Origin: Vicinamibacterales bacterium
Lineage (GTDB): Bacteria > Acidobacteriota > Vicinamibacteria > Vicinamibacterales > UBA8438
Assembly: GCA_965207615.1 (NCBI GenBank)
Contig: CBDBMZ010000003.1
Span: forward strand, 1,257,994-1,321,993
DNA length: 64,000 nucleotides
Direction of reading: 5' to 3'
Each line of letters begins with the position of its first letter. Position 1 is the first letter of the stretch. Below, piece after piece: positions 40,280-49,802 of the stretch. Both the position numbers and the translations under genes were made by a program. A model generated the notes under the pieces. It had not been told where the DNA came from. It made no database searches and was given only the letters and a program-made list of their open reading frames with translations.

Positions 40280-41755
40280 TCACGCCAGAATCGGGTTCAC
40301 CACCCTTCCGGCCACGTCCGTCAGGCGGAAGTTCCGCCCCTGGTAGGCGTAGGTCAGCCGGGTGTGGTCGATGCCCAGCAGGTGGAGCATCGTGGCGTGC
40401 AGGTCGTGGATGTGCACCGGGTCGCGGGCGATGTTGTACGAGAAGTCGTCGCTCGCGCCGTGGGTGACGCCGGGCTTGACGCCGCCGCCGGCCATCCAGA
40501 TGGTGAAGCAGCGGGGGTGGTGGTCGCGCCCGTAGGTGTCCTCGTTGAAGACGCCCTGGCAGTAGGCGCTGCGGCCGAACTCGCCGCCCCAGACGACGAG
40601 GGTCTCGTCGAGGAGGCCGCGTTGCTTCAGGTCGGTGACGAGGGCGGCCTGGGCCTGGTCGACGTCCTTCGCCTGGCGCTGGATGCCGCGGGGCAGGCGG
40701 GTGTGCTGGTCCCAGCCGCGGTGGAAGCACTGGATGAAGCGGACATCGCGCTCGGCGAGCCGGCGGGCGAGCAGGCAGTTGCGGGCGAAGGTACCGGGGT
40801 TGCGCGAGTCGGGGCCGTAGAGCTCGAACGTGCTGTCGGGCTCGTCCGACAGGTCGGTCAGCTCGGGCACCGAGCTCTGCATGCGGTAGGCCATCTCGTA
40901 CTGGGCGATGCGGGTGCTCGTCTCGGGGTCGCCGTACTCGGCCTCCTTCAGGCGGTTCAGGGCGCCGAGGTCGTCGAGGTAGCGGCGGCGCGTGCCCTGG
41001 TCGACCCCCGGCGGGTTCGACAGGTACAGCACGGGGTCGCCGGTCGAGAGGAACTTCACGCCCTGGTAGCGGGTCGGCAGGAAGCCGCTGCCCCACAACC
41101 GGTCGTAGAGGGGCTGCCCGGTCTGGGCCGAGCCCTTCGAGATCATGGCGACGAACGTCGGCAGGTCGGCGTTCATGCTGCCGAGGCCGTACGAGAGCCA
41201 CGCCCCCATGCTCGGCCGGCCCGCGAGCTGGGCCCCGGTCTGGAAGAACGTGATGCCGGGGTCGTGGTTGATCGCCTCGGTGTGCATCGACTTGATGAAC
41301 GTCAGCTCGTCGACGATCTTCGCGGTGTGGGGCATGAGGTCGCTGACCCAGGTGCCCGTGGCGCCGTGCTGCTGGAACTGGAACATCGACGGCACGAGGG
41401 GGAAGCGCTCCTGCCCCGCCGTCATGGTGGTGACGCGCTGGTCGCCGCGCACCGACGGCGGCAGGTCCTCGCCGACCATTTGCGCCAGCGCCGGCTTGTA
41501 GTCCCACAGCTCGTGCTGCGACGGGGCGCCGGACTGGAACAGGTAGATGATGCGCTTCGCCTTCGGGGCATGGTGCGGCAGGCCCGGGAGGGCGCCGAAG
41601 CCGGCCGCCGCGCCGGGGACGCCGCCGCCGGGGGCCTGGGCCGCGAGGTCCTGCCCGAAGAGGGTGGCCAGGGCCGCGGTCCCGATGCCGGTGCTCGTGA
41701 GCTCGAAGAAGCGCCGCCGGGTCATGAGCCGTTCGAGGTGCGCGTCCATCGTCAT
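40280..41755 (-). CDS. DUF1501 domain protein (planctomycete type, Tat)
   Basis: [62 protein letters not shown]. Confidence 0.92.
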   Translation of the reverse strand: MTMDAHLERLMTRRRFFELTSTGIGTAALATLFGQDLAAQAPGGGVPGAAAGFGALPGLPHHAPKAKRIIYLFQSGAPSQHELWDYKPALAQMVGEDLPPSVRGDQRVTTMTAGQERFPLVPSMFQFQQHGATGTWVSDLMPHTAKIVDELTFIKSMHTEAINHDPGITFFQTGAQLAGRPSMGAWLSYGLGSMNADLPTFVAMISKGSAQTGQPLYDRLWGSGFLPTRYQGVKFLSTGDPVLYLSNPPGVDQGTRRRYLDDLGALNRLKEAEYGDPETSTRIAQYEMAYRMQSSVPELTDLSDEPDSTFELYGPDSRNPGTFARNCLLARRLAERDVRFIQCFHRGWDQHTRLPRGIQRQAKDVDQAQAALVTDLKQRGLLDETLVVWGGEFGRSAYCQGVFNEDTYGRDHHPRCFTIWMAGGGVKPGVTHGASDDFSYNIARDPVHIHDLHATMLHLLGIDHTRLTYAYQGRNFRLTDVAGRVVNPILA

Positions 41756-41958
41756 TCCTTTGTGATCGTGCCGTCGAAGTTCAGGTTCGCGTGGCGACCG
41801 TCGGAGCAATGCCGGCTCGGCCGCGCCGAGGGTCTCGTCGCGCCCCGGCTCGCGCTATTCCTTCGTGATCGTGCCGTCGAAGTTCAGGATCAGGTTGGCG
41901 ACCATCGTGTACGACGCCAGCTCGGCCACGTCCAATGTCTCGTCGCGCCCCGACTCGC
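41752..41958 (-). repeat. Decayed ~103-bp tandem duplication of the 3' end of the DUF1553 gene
   Basis: attcctt[t/c]gtgatcgtgccgtcgaagttcagg at ~41754 and ~41857; gtctcgtcgcgcccc at ~41832 and ~41937. Confidence 0.88.
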
Positions 41959-44900
41959 CCTGGCTGACGAGATCGAGGGCGGCCCCACGGTCGGCCTCGT
42001 AGCGGTCGAGGTGCCGCCGGTAGCCGTCGACGAGAATCTCTCGCGCGGCCGCCGGGGGCCGGTGGGCGGTGGACAGGAGGTACGCGTAGCCGATGCGGTC
42101 CTCCGGGGTCTCGCCGCCCTCGGTCATCATGCGCTCGGCGAGGCGGCGGGCCGCCTCGACGTAGGTCACGTCGTTCATCAGGTTCAGGGCCTGGAGCGGC
42201 GTGTTGGTGCGGCCGGTCCGCACGATGCACGTCTCGCGGGTCGAGGCGTCGAACGTCATCATCGTGGGCGGCCCGAGGGTGCGCTTCCAGAACGTGTAGA
42301 GGCTGCGGCGGTACAGGTCCTCGCCGGTCTCCTGCACGTAGTCGCCGTAGCCGCCCTCGACCATGTCGGCCCACAGGCCCTCCGGCTGGTACGGCTTGAC
42401 CGACGGCCCGCCGACCTTCTCGACGAGGAGGCCGGAGACGGCCAGGGCCTGGTCGCGGATCATCGGCGCGGGCAGGCGCAGCCGGGGGCCGCGCGCGAGC
42501 ATGCGGTTCTCGGGGTCGCTCTCGAACTCCTCGGCCGAGACGTGCGAAGCCTGGCGGTAGGCGGCGCTCGTCACGATGGCCCGCTGCAGGGCCTTGACGT
42601 CCCAGCCCGAGTCGACGAACTCGGTGGCGAGCCAGTCGAGCAGCTCGGGGTGGCTCGGGAACTCGCCCTGGGTGCCGAAGTTCTCGGCCGTCTTTACCAA
42701 GCCCGTCCCGAAGTACATCTGCCAGAACCGGTTCACGGTGACCCGGGCGGTCAGCGGGTGCCCGGGGTCGACGAGCCAGCGCGCGAACGACAGGCGGTTG
42801 GCCTCGACGCCCTCGGGCAGCGGCGGCAGGACCGCGGGCACGCCGGGGAACACCTCCTCGGCGGGGGCGTCGTAGGAACCGCGGTTCAGACGGTAGGTGG
42901 GCTTGCGGACGGTCCGCTCCTCCATGACCATGACGGTCGGGAAGCTCGCCCACAGCTCGTCGCGCTGCCGCTCGAGCCGGGCCACCTCGCGCACCGCCTC
43001 CTGGATCGCGGGCGGCGCGTACTGGTCGAGGAACGCGAGCCGCAGCTTGTCGGCCTGGGCCGCGGTCCGCTGGCCGGGCTCGAGGGCGGCAATCTGGCCC
43101 AGCGTCTCGGACGTCGCCACCACCGCGGCCTCGGCCGGGGTCAGCACCCCCTCGTAGACGCGGACCTCGTCGAGGTTGCCCCGGAACCGCGGCTTCTCCG
43201 ACCCGCTGGCCCCGATGCGGAGGGGATAGCGGGTGGCCGGCAGCCGGTTACCGACGAGGTCGAGCAGCGGCTCCGTGGCCTGCAGGCGGCCGTCGACGTA
43301 GATGCGGATGCCCTCGGGGGTCTTCGAGCCGTCGTAGGTGGCGACGACGTGCTGCCACCGGCCGAGGGCGATATCCCCCTCGGTCTGCGCCGCCACCCCG
43401 TCGTCGAGGACGCGGGTCGACAGGTTCAGGCGGATGCGGCCGTCCTCGAGGTAGAGGCCCCAGCCGACCTCGCCCTGGTCGCCGCCGCCCGCGCGCGAGA
43501 CGACCACGCCGTTCTCCGCCGTGGGATACATCCACGCGGCGAGGCTGAACGAGTCGTCGTAGCCGACGTCCGGCGCGTTGCCGGCGTTGACGAAGCGCCG
43601 CCCGTCGAAGCTCGCGGCGTAGCCGAGGACGCCCGGATAGAACTGCGGCAGCCCGTCCTCGAGCACCGCCGGCACGTCGGTGGACGTCTGGATGCCGTCG
43701 ATGGTGCCCTCGAAGGCGTGGTAGGCGAGCAGGCCGTCGCGGAGGTTCCAGTCGACCGGCCCCGCCCGCTCGAGCGACGCCTCCCACTCGGCCCGGGCCG
43801 CCGCGGCCTCGGCGTCGAGGGCGGCCAGCGCCGTCCGCGCCTCGGCGAGCTCGGCGTCCAGCTCGTCCAGCTCGGCCTGCTGCTCGCCGGTGGGGGCGGT
43901 GACCAGGGGCGGGCTGTTCACGTACTTGAAGCCCTTGCCCCGCTCGGGGATGTTGTTGAAGTTCGCCATGACCTCGTAGAACTCCTTCTGCGAGATCGGG
44001 TCGAACTTGTGGTCGTGGCAGCGCGCGCAGCCCAGGGTCAGGCCCATCCACACGGTGCCGGTGGTCGACACGCGGTCGACGCCGTACTCGGCGAGGAACT
44101 CGTCGACGACGATGCCGCCCTCGCTGTTCAGGCTGTGGTTGCGGTTGAACGCGGTGGCGACGCGCTGCTCCACGGTCGCGCCGGGCAGCATGTCGCCCGC
44201 GAGCTGCTCGATCGTGAACCGGTCGAACGGCATGTTGGCGTTGTAGGCGTCGATGACCCAGTCGCGCCAGCGCCACATCGACCGCTCGCCGTCGGTCTGG
44301 TAGCCGTTGGTGTCGGCGTAGCGGGCGGCGTCGAGCCACTCGACGGCCATGCGCTCGCCGTAGCGCGGCGACGCGAGCAGCCGGTCGACGGCCTCCTCGT
44401 AGGCGTCGGCGGAATCGTCGTTCAGGAAGTCGGCGAGCTCGACCGGGGTCGGGGGAACGCCGGTGAGGTCGAGGGTGACGCGCCGCAGCAGGGTCGCGCG
44501 ATCCGCCTCGTCCGACGGGGCCAGGCCCTCGGCCTCGAGCCGCCGCAGCACGAAGTTGTCGACGTCGTTGCGCGGCCACTCGGCATCGGCGACGGGGGGA
44601 ACGGCGGGCCGCTCGGGCGGGATGAACGCCCAGTGCGACTCCCACTCCGCGCCCTGGTCGATCCACAGGCTGAGGGTCTCGATCTCCGACTCGTCGAGGG
44701 CCTCGCCGCCGCGGGGCATCCGCACCCGCGCGTCGTCGGCCGACACGCGGTGCACGAGGAGGCTCGCCGCCGAGTCGCCCGCGACGACGGCGGGTCCGCC
44801 GTAGCGGCCGCGGTCCGCGAACGGGCCCTCGGGCACGTCGAGCCGCAGGCCGGCCTGGCGCGACGCCTGGTCGGGCCCGTGGCACGAGAAGCAGTTCTGC

Positions 44901-45376
44901 GAGAGCAGCGGCCGCACCTCGCGGGCAAAGTCGACGGTGCGCCCGGCCAAAGCGGTCGGGGCGCCGCCCGCCGCCGCGGGGTCGGCGCCGAGGTGCGCGC
45001 CCTGGTCGATCCATGCGCGCACGAGCTGGATCTGGCCGGCCGTCAGCGACCGCCCCGACGAGGCCGGGGGCATGAGGGCGATGGGCTCCTCCGTCGTCAG
45101 CCGCTGGAACAGCGGGCTGCCGTCGGCGTCGCCGGGCCGCACGTGGGTCTCGATGAAGTCGGCGGTGTCGAGCCGCAGCTCGGCCTGCCGGGTCGCCTCG
45201 GACGCGCCGTGGCACGCGAAGCAGGCCTCGGCCAGCACCGGCCGCACGTCTCGGTGGAACTCGACCCGCTCCGGCGCCTGGGCCAGGACCACCTCCGGAC
45301 CGCGGTCCGGGTAGAGCCCCGCCGCCACCGCCGCCGCTCCCAGCACCGTCAACACCCGCAGAATGGTCATTCGCAT
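41855..45376 (-). CDS. DUF1549/DUF1553 (PSD1) planctomycete cytochrome c protein with LamG-like insert
   Basis: CFACH, CFSCH, CARCHDHKFDP; HWAF; WLDAARYADT; GRWQHVVATYDG (LamG); PSHPELLDWLA; TNTPLQAL. Confidence 0.92.
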   Translation of the reverse strand: MRMTILRVLTVLGAAAVAAGLYPDRGPEVVLAQAPERVEFHRDVRPVLAEACFACHGASEATRQAELRLDTADFIETHVRPGDADGSPLFQRLTTEEPIALMPPASSGRSLTAGQIQLVRAWIDQGAHLGADPAAAGGAPTALAGRTVDFAREVRPLLSQNCFSCHGPDQASRQAGLRLDVPEGPFADRGRYGGPAVVAGDSAASLLVHRVSADDARVRMPRGGEALDESEIETLSLWIDQGAEWESHWAFIPPERPAVPPVADAEWPRNDVDNFVLRRLEAEGLAPSDEADRATLLRRVTLDLTGVPPTPVELADFLNDDSADAYEEAVDRLLASPRYGERMAVEWLDAARYADTNGYQTDGERSMWRWRDWVIDAYNANMPFDRFTIEQLAGDMLPGATVEQRVATAFNRNHSLNSEGGIVVDEFLAEYGVDRVSTTGTVWMGLTLGCARCHDHKFDPISQKEFYEVMANFNNIPERGKGFKYVNSPPLVTAPTGEQQAELDELDAELAEARTALAALDAEAAAARAEWEASLERAGPVDWNLRDGLLAYHAFEGTIDGIQTSTDVPAVLEDGLPQFYPGVLGYAASFDGRRFVNAGNAPDVGYDDSFSLAAWMYPTAENGVVVSRAGGGDQGEVGWGLYLEDGRIRLNLSTRVLDDGVAAQTEGDIALGRWQHVVATYDGSKTPEGIRIYVDGRLQATEPLLDLVGNRLPATRYPLRIGASGSEKPRFRGNLDEVRVYEGVLTPAEAAVVATSETLGQIAALEPGQRTAAQADKLRLAFLDQYAPPAIQEAVREVARLERQRDELWASFPTVMVMEERTVRKPTYRLNRGSYDAPAEEVFPGVPAVLPPLPEGVEANRLSFARWLVDPGHPLTARVTVNRFWQMYFGTGLVKTAENFGTQGEFPSHPELLDWLATEFVDSGWDVKALQRAIVTSAAYRQASHVSAEEFESDPENRMLARGPRLRLPAPMIRDQALAVSGLLVEKVGGPSVKPYQPEGLWADMVEGGYGDYVQETGEDLYRRSLYTFWKRTLGPPTMMTFDASTRETCIVRTGRTNTPLQALNLMNDVTYVEAARRLAERMMTEGGETPEDRIGYAYLLSTAHRPPAAAREILVDGYRRHLDRYEADRGAALDLVSQGESGRDETLDVAELASYTMVANLILNFDGTITKE

Positions 45377-45480
45377 GACAAGCCTTCTCACTGCTCAACT
45401 CACAGTCGCCCGTCGTCCGAACGGATCACCGCAGGCGCACTGTAGCACGTTATGGACACTGTGGTTACGCTGGGACAGAC

Positions 45481-45710
45481 ATGTTCAACATGCGCGCGGT
45501 GGCCGCTCGAGGCGCGCTCGGGAACAGGCCGACGCTATCGGCCAAGCCGTCGACGAGAACGAGCCCGTGACGCCGAACCAGTTCAAGGCCGGTCTGTCGG
45601 AACCGCGGACCGGGATCGCGGCCATCCAGCGCAGGCTCGTCCGATGGATGGTCGGGACGGTGGCCTCAACGGGCATCCTGACCGTCGCAATCCTGCGCCT
45701 GGTCGGATAG
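45481..45710 (+). pseudogene. Degenerate DUF1640-like coiled-coil/TM gene
   Basis: REQADAIG..VTPNQFKAGLSE.RT.IAAIQRRLVRWMVGTV..LTVAILRL*; the ATG at 45481 is out of frame with this body. Confidence 0.55.
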
Positions 45711-45742
45711 AGACCACCCGCCCGCCCGGAACCCTACGGCCT

Positions 45743-46780
45743 CTACAGCCCCGACGCGTCGGCCGCCCGCGCCCCGCTCAGGGCGTTGATCATGCCGTAG
45801 TTGCCCTCGTGGCAGGCGTACTCGTAGATGAGCGAGTCGGAGAGCCGCATCGGGACCGCGGCCGTGAACGGCGCCGTGAACGTGGCCGGGTCGTCGACGG
45901 TGTACTCGTAGAGCAGCGTGTCCTCGCTCACCCGGGTGAACCGCTCCGTCAGCCGCAGGGTCGAGCCGAGCCCCAGCGCCACCAGCGCGTTCGGCTCGAA
46001 GCTCGCCCGCATGTCCGAGTAGTTGCGGCTCTCGACGACGAGGGTGTCGCCCTCCCACCGGCCGCGGGAGTCGCCGTTCAACTGAAGCAGCGTCTCGGGC
46101 AGGTGATCCCGCGGCTCGAGCGGGATGATGCGGGCATCGTGGACCATCTCGTTCAGGATGACCACGTGGTCCTCGTTCTGGAAGAGCTGCATGTTGTTGT
46201 TGTAGGCGCTCGGCATCATCGGGGGACCGGAGTTGAAGCCGACGAGGCACCGCTCGGCGAGGCCGCGGTCCTCGGGTCCGTCGGCCCCGATGCCGGCCGA
46301 GCGCACCCGCCAAGGGCGCTCGCCGGGGACGTCCACGTCGAGCGATCCCGCCTGGCGGGCGGCGCCCTCGACGAGCTCGGGCATGCGGCCGGTCGCCGGC
46401 TCGACGATGAGGGACGAGCGCCGGTCGTCGCCGACGGAGGTGCCGAAGTCGAGCCAGAAGGCGTTGTAGGCCCCCACGTTGCCCTCGGCGGGAGGCTGGT
46501 CGGCCGACTGCTGGGCCGCCGCCGCGAACGACTCGACGGCCGCCGCCTGCTCCTCGGTCAGCGTCTCGCCGAGCCCCTCGGGGCGCTCGAACGGGGTGGC
46601 GGTGCGGAAGTCCCACACGCCCTGCAGGTCGGGGCGGCCGTCGCTCAACCGCGGCGGCTCCCACGTCTCGCCCGGCTCCTGCCCGAGAACCGGCGCAGCC
46701 AGTCCACCCACGAGCGCCAGGGTCAGACACCAAACGTCGGATCGGTTGCTCACGGATTGTCTCCTCGCAGGTCGGTTCAT
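45743..46780 (-). CDS. Conserved secreted hypothetical protein (PRxxDGxPDLQGVW / EYACHEGN family)
   Basis: PRLSDGRPDLQGVW, ERC, GDSRGRWEGDTLVVES, ERFTR, YEYACHEGN. Confidence 0.8.
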   Translation of the reverse strand: MNRPARRQSVSNRSDVWCLTLALVGGLAAPVLGQEPGETWEPPRLSDGRPDLQGVWDFRTATPFERPEGLGETLTEEQAAAVESFAAAAQQSADQPPAEGNVGAYNAFWLDFGTSVGDDRRSSLIVEPATGRMPELVEGAARQAGSLDVDVPGERPWRVRSAGIGADGPEDRGLAERCLVGFNSGPPMMPSAYNNNMQLFQNEDHVVILNEMVHDARIIPLEPRDHLPETLLQLNGDSRGRWEGDTLVVESRNYSDMRASFEPNALVALGLGSTLRLTERFTRVSEDTLLYEYTVDDPATFTAPFTAAVPMRLSDSLIYEYACHEGNYGMINALSGARAADASGL

Positions 46781-47004
46781 CCGCAGATTCTACATTGGCG
46801 GCGGCCCCGTCCGCAGAACGTCGCAGCCGACGGCGAGTCGACCGGGCGGCAGCAGACCGCGAATGGACTTCTCCGGCCGGAACCGAACCGGCCGATCGGT
46901 AAGGGTGCCGGAGCGGTTGCCACGCCCATGCGCCGACGCGGCACTTGGTGAGGGCCAGCCCGGGACGGCCTGCTCGGGCGGAGTGAGGTGCGGTGGCCGA
47001 CGCG

Positions 47005-47202
47005 TCAACGCGCGTGCACACCGCTGTTGATGTGGGCGGTATGGCTGGTTTCCAGCGCGTCGACGCGGCCCGTCAGCCGGTCGAACTTGCTGTTGAGCTC
47101 GTCGATCTTCCCGTTGAGCAACCACGTGCTCACGACCAGGCCGATCGCGGTGGCCAGCGATATCAGCAAGTGTCCCACCGCGATGAGTCGGTCGGTATTC
47201 AT
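47005..47202 (-). CDS. Small TM + coiled-coil protein
   Basis: Hydrophobic helix then heptads (IDELNSKFDRLTGRVDALE); AT-rich promoter directly upstream. Confidence 0.6.
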   Translation of the reverse strand: MNTDRLIAVGHLLISLATAIGLVVSTWLLNGKIDELNSKFDRLTGRVDALETSHTAHINSGVHAR

Positions 47203-47240
47203 GCGATAAACATTATCACAGTGTCGTATACATCACAATC

Positions 47241-47984
47241 TCACGCCGTCACGTCGTACAGCAGCTTCACGCCGATGACGAAGAGCGAGGCGTGGACGAT
47301 GCGGAAGAACAGCTCGTCGGTGGCGCGCTCGTGCAGCCGGCGGCCGATCCAGATGCCCAGCGGCGCGAGGGGCAGCAGCACCAGCGAGGTGAGCAGGTTG
47401 TCGGCGTTCCACTGGCCGAGCCACGCGTAGGGGCCCACCTTCGACCAGTTCACGACGAAGAAGAACGCCACCCCGGTGGCCTGGAACGTCGTGCGGTCCA
47501 TGCGCTGGGGCAGCAGGTAGGCGTGGAGGGGCGGCCCGCCGGCGTGCACCGAGAAGCTCGCGAACCCCGCCAGCACCCCCCAGAGGACGCCGGCCGCGCG
47601 GCGTGGAGACCGACGGGTCGACTCCGCCGTCGGCACGAAGTACTGCAGCGAGTAGGTCAGGGCGATGACCCCCACCAGCGCGCGCAGGCCGTCGGGGGTC
47701 AGGTAGCCGAAGGTCACCGCACCGAGCACCGTGCCGAGCAGCGCCGCCGGCACCAGCACCCGCAGGTTGGGCCAGTCCCACGCCCCGCGGTAGGCGCGGA
47801 CCGCGAGGACGTCCATGACCATGAGGATCGGCAGCAGCACCGCCGCGGCCTGGGCGGGGCTGATGACCATCGCCATCAGCGGCACCCCGACCACCGCGAT
47901 GCCGCCGCCGAGCCCGCCCTTGGCGATGCCGACGATGAGCACCGCGACCGTCGCGGCGGCGTAGAACCAGGGATCGACGATCAA
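47241..47984 (-). CDS. Sulfite exporter TauE/SafE family protein
   Basis: GIAKGGLGGG, AAAVLLPIL, HAGGPP, VNWSKVGPY; start approximate. Confidence 0.9.
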   Translation of the reverse strand: MIVDPWFYAAATVAVLIVGIAKGGLGGGIAVVGVPLMAMVISPAQAAAVLLPILMVMDVLAVRAYRGAWDWPNLRVLVPAALLGTVLGAVTFGYLTPDGLRALVGVIALTYSLQYFVPTAESTRRSPRRAAGVLWGVLAGFASFSVHAGGPPLHAYLLPQRMDRTTFQATGVAFFFVVNWSKVGPYAWLGQWNADNLLTSLVLLPLAPLGIWIGRRLHERATDELFFRIVHASLFVIGVKLLYDVTA

Positions 47985-47994
47985 GAGGGCGCCG

Positions 47995-49446
47995 TCACTC
48001 GACCTCGACGAAGATGGGGTTCGAGTAGAACCAGAGGTCGTGCCAGGGGTTCTCGTCGGTGCCGTCCACCCGGGGCTCGAGGTCCTCGGTGCTCGTGCCG
48101 CGCACCCGGACGTAGAGGTCGCGGTCGACGGCCGGCAGCGGCGCCTCGAAGGAGAACCGGTCTCCGTCGCGGGCCAGCGCCTCGCGGGTGAAGCGTGCGA
48201 GGACGCGCGTGGTGGGGTTGCGATCATTCGAGGGATCGGAGGCCGGTCCCAGCACCTCGCCCACGATCACGTCGACGCGCCGGACGACGGGGTTCTCCCC
48301 CGCCGCGTTCGGGGTCTCCGGATCGCGGAACCGGACGGTGGCCGTGACCCGGCCCCCCGGCGCGACCCGCAACGTGCCGCCGAGCCCCGCCCTGCGCCCC
48401 CCGGCGCTCTTCAGGCCGAACTCGAGCTCGGTGACGAGGTCTCCCGCGACCGCGAACATGCGGCCCTGGCGCAGCCCGTCGAGGATGTCGGCATAGGTGG
48501 GACGGGCGTGGACCCAGGTCTTGTGGAACTCGCCGGGCCAGAAGTCGCTGCCCGCCCTGACCGGCTCGGTGTAGTGGAAGTGCGAGTCGGACGAGACCAC
48601 AATCCAGAACCGGCGCCCTTCGCCGAGGAGAGCGTCCCAGAGGCCGCCGACGACGGCCGTCATCTGGTCGAAGCCGCCCAGGGTCTGCGCCCCCGGGGTC
48701 CAGTAGGCGCCGCGGTACACCATGGTGTTCTTGTCGGTGAGGGTCGCCGCCTGGTGGCCCGGTGCGCCCTCCATGCCGCGGTACACGTCGGGCGCGAGGT
48801 CGTTGTTCTCGCGGAGCTCCCACGGCTCGTCGCGGCCGTAGTGGCCGAGCGCCGGCGCCGAGCGGGAGGGATGGTTCGCGAACAGGACCGGCAGCCGCTC
48901 GAGCCCCTGCATGTGGGCCAGCGCCTGCCGCCGGAGCGCCGCCGACTGCCGGCGCGGGTCGGGAGGCAGGGCCCAGTCCTCGTTGGCGTCGAACCGGCGC
49001 TCGATCTCGTGGAGCACCCGCGCCTCGTCCTCCGCCCTCGGGATGATCAACGTGTGGTGGTCCATGCCCGGCATGTTGAGCTCCAGGCCGTAGAACTGCA
49101 GCACGTCGGGAACGAGCTCGCGCGACAGGGTCAGCTCGCGGTACGCCTGCTCGAGGTTCAGCTTGGCGTGGTTCGGACCGCCGTGGTCGGTCGTCACCAT
49201 CCACCGCAGGCCGAACCGCCGGGCCATCGCCGCGTTCCGCGGCGTCGAGTAGAGGGCGTCCCGCGCCTTGATCGGCGTCGGCGGACTCGTACGGTAGTCG
49301 TAGCCGGCGCTCCAGTGGCTGTGGATGTGCGAGTCGCCGGCCAGCCACTCGCGTTCGTCGGCGGGCGCGGACAGCGCGAGGGCGGCCGCGGCGGCCAGCA
49401 CGCAGGACCAGACGAGGCGCGGAGAAGAAACTGGCGGCGCAGACAT
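47995..49446 (-). CDS. Secreted PHP-domain phosphoesterase
   Basis: WLAGDSHIHS, TTDHGG, NHP, SSDSH, YSNPIFV; signal peptide. Confidence 0.85.
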   Translation of the reverse strand: MSAPPVSSPRLVWSCVLAAAAALALSAPADEREWLAGDSHIHSHWSAGYDYRTSPPTPIKARDALYSTPRNAAMARRFGLRWMVTTDHGGPNHAKLNLEQAYRELTLSRELVPDVLQFYGLELNMPGMDHHTLIIPRAEDEARVLHEIERRFDANEDWALPPDPRRQSAALRRQALAHMQGLERLPVLFANHPSRSAPALGHYGRDEPWELRENNDLAPDVYRGMEGAPGHQAATLTDKNTMVYRGAYWTPGAQTLGGFDQMTAVVGGLWDALLGEGRRFWIVVSSDSHFHYTEPVRAGSDFWPGEFHKTWVHARPTYADILDGLRQGRMFAVAGDLVTELEFGLKSAGGRRAGLGGTLRVAPGGRVTATVRFRDPETPNAAGENPVVRRVDVIVGEVLGPASDPSNDRNPTTRVLARFTREALARDGDRFSFEAPLPAVDRDLYVRVRGTSTEDLEPRVDGTDENPWHDLWFYSNPIFVEVE

Positions 49447-49802
49447 CGCGCGCGATTCTATCACCGGGATCACCGGGCCTCCAGGCCCTCCCGACCGCCG
49501 TTCCGGCGGGCTCCGCTCGCGGCCCGGTCCGAGCGGCGCCGCGAGCCCCACCGCCGGGGCGACGGCCATCTCCGCACGCTCGGGGCCGCGGGTCGTGTCA
49601 GCTCCGCCCGCACGGGTGGAGGGCGGCGGCCGCCCCGCGGGCGCTCGGCGAGTGGAGGGGGCCGATGCCCCTCCCGCGTCCCGATGGCCCGTCCCCCGCG
49701 GGCACCCGGCGAGGAATTCACGGGCCGCCGCAACCCCCGGCCGCCCCACCGGAAGGCCGAACGCGTCGCACCCACGGCGGCAGTCCTGCGTTACGATGAA
49801 GG

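Noticed and set aside
39509-45445. 1978-aa plus-strand ORF (also 8647..11574, 49791..52928, 52630..55245 and many other long Arg/Pro/Ala-rich ORFs)
   Set aside because: High-GC antisense or alternative-frame ORFs overlapping well-supported genes.
49450-49800. GC-rich intergenic region with multiple potential stems
   Set aside because: Expected at this GC content; no recognisable RNA family or repeat.
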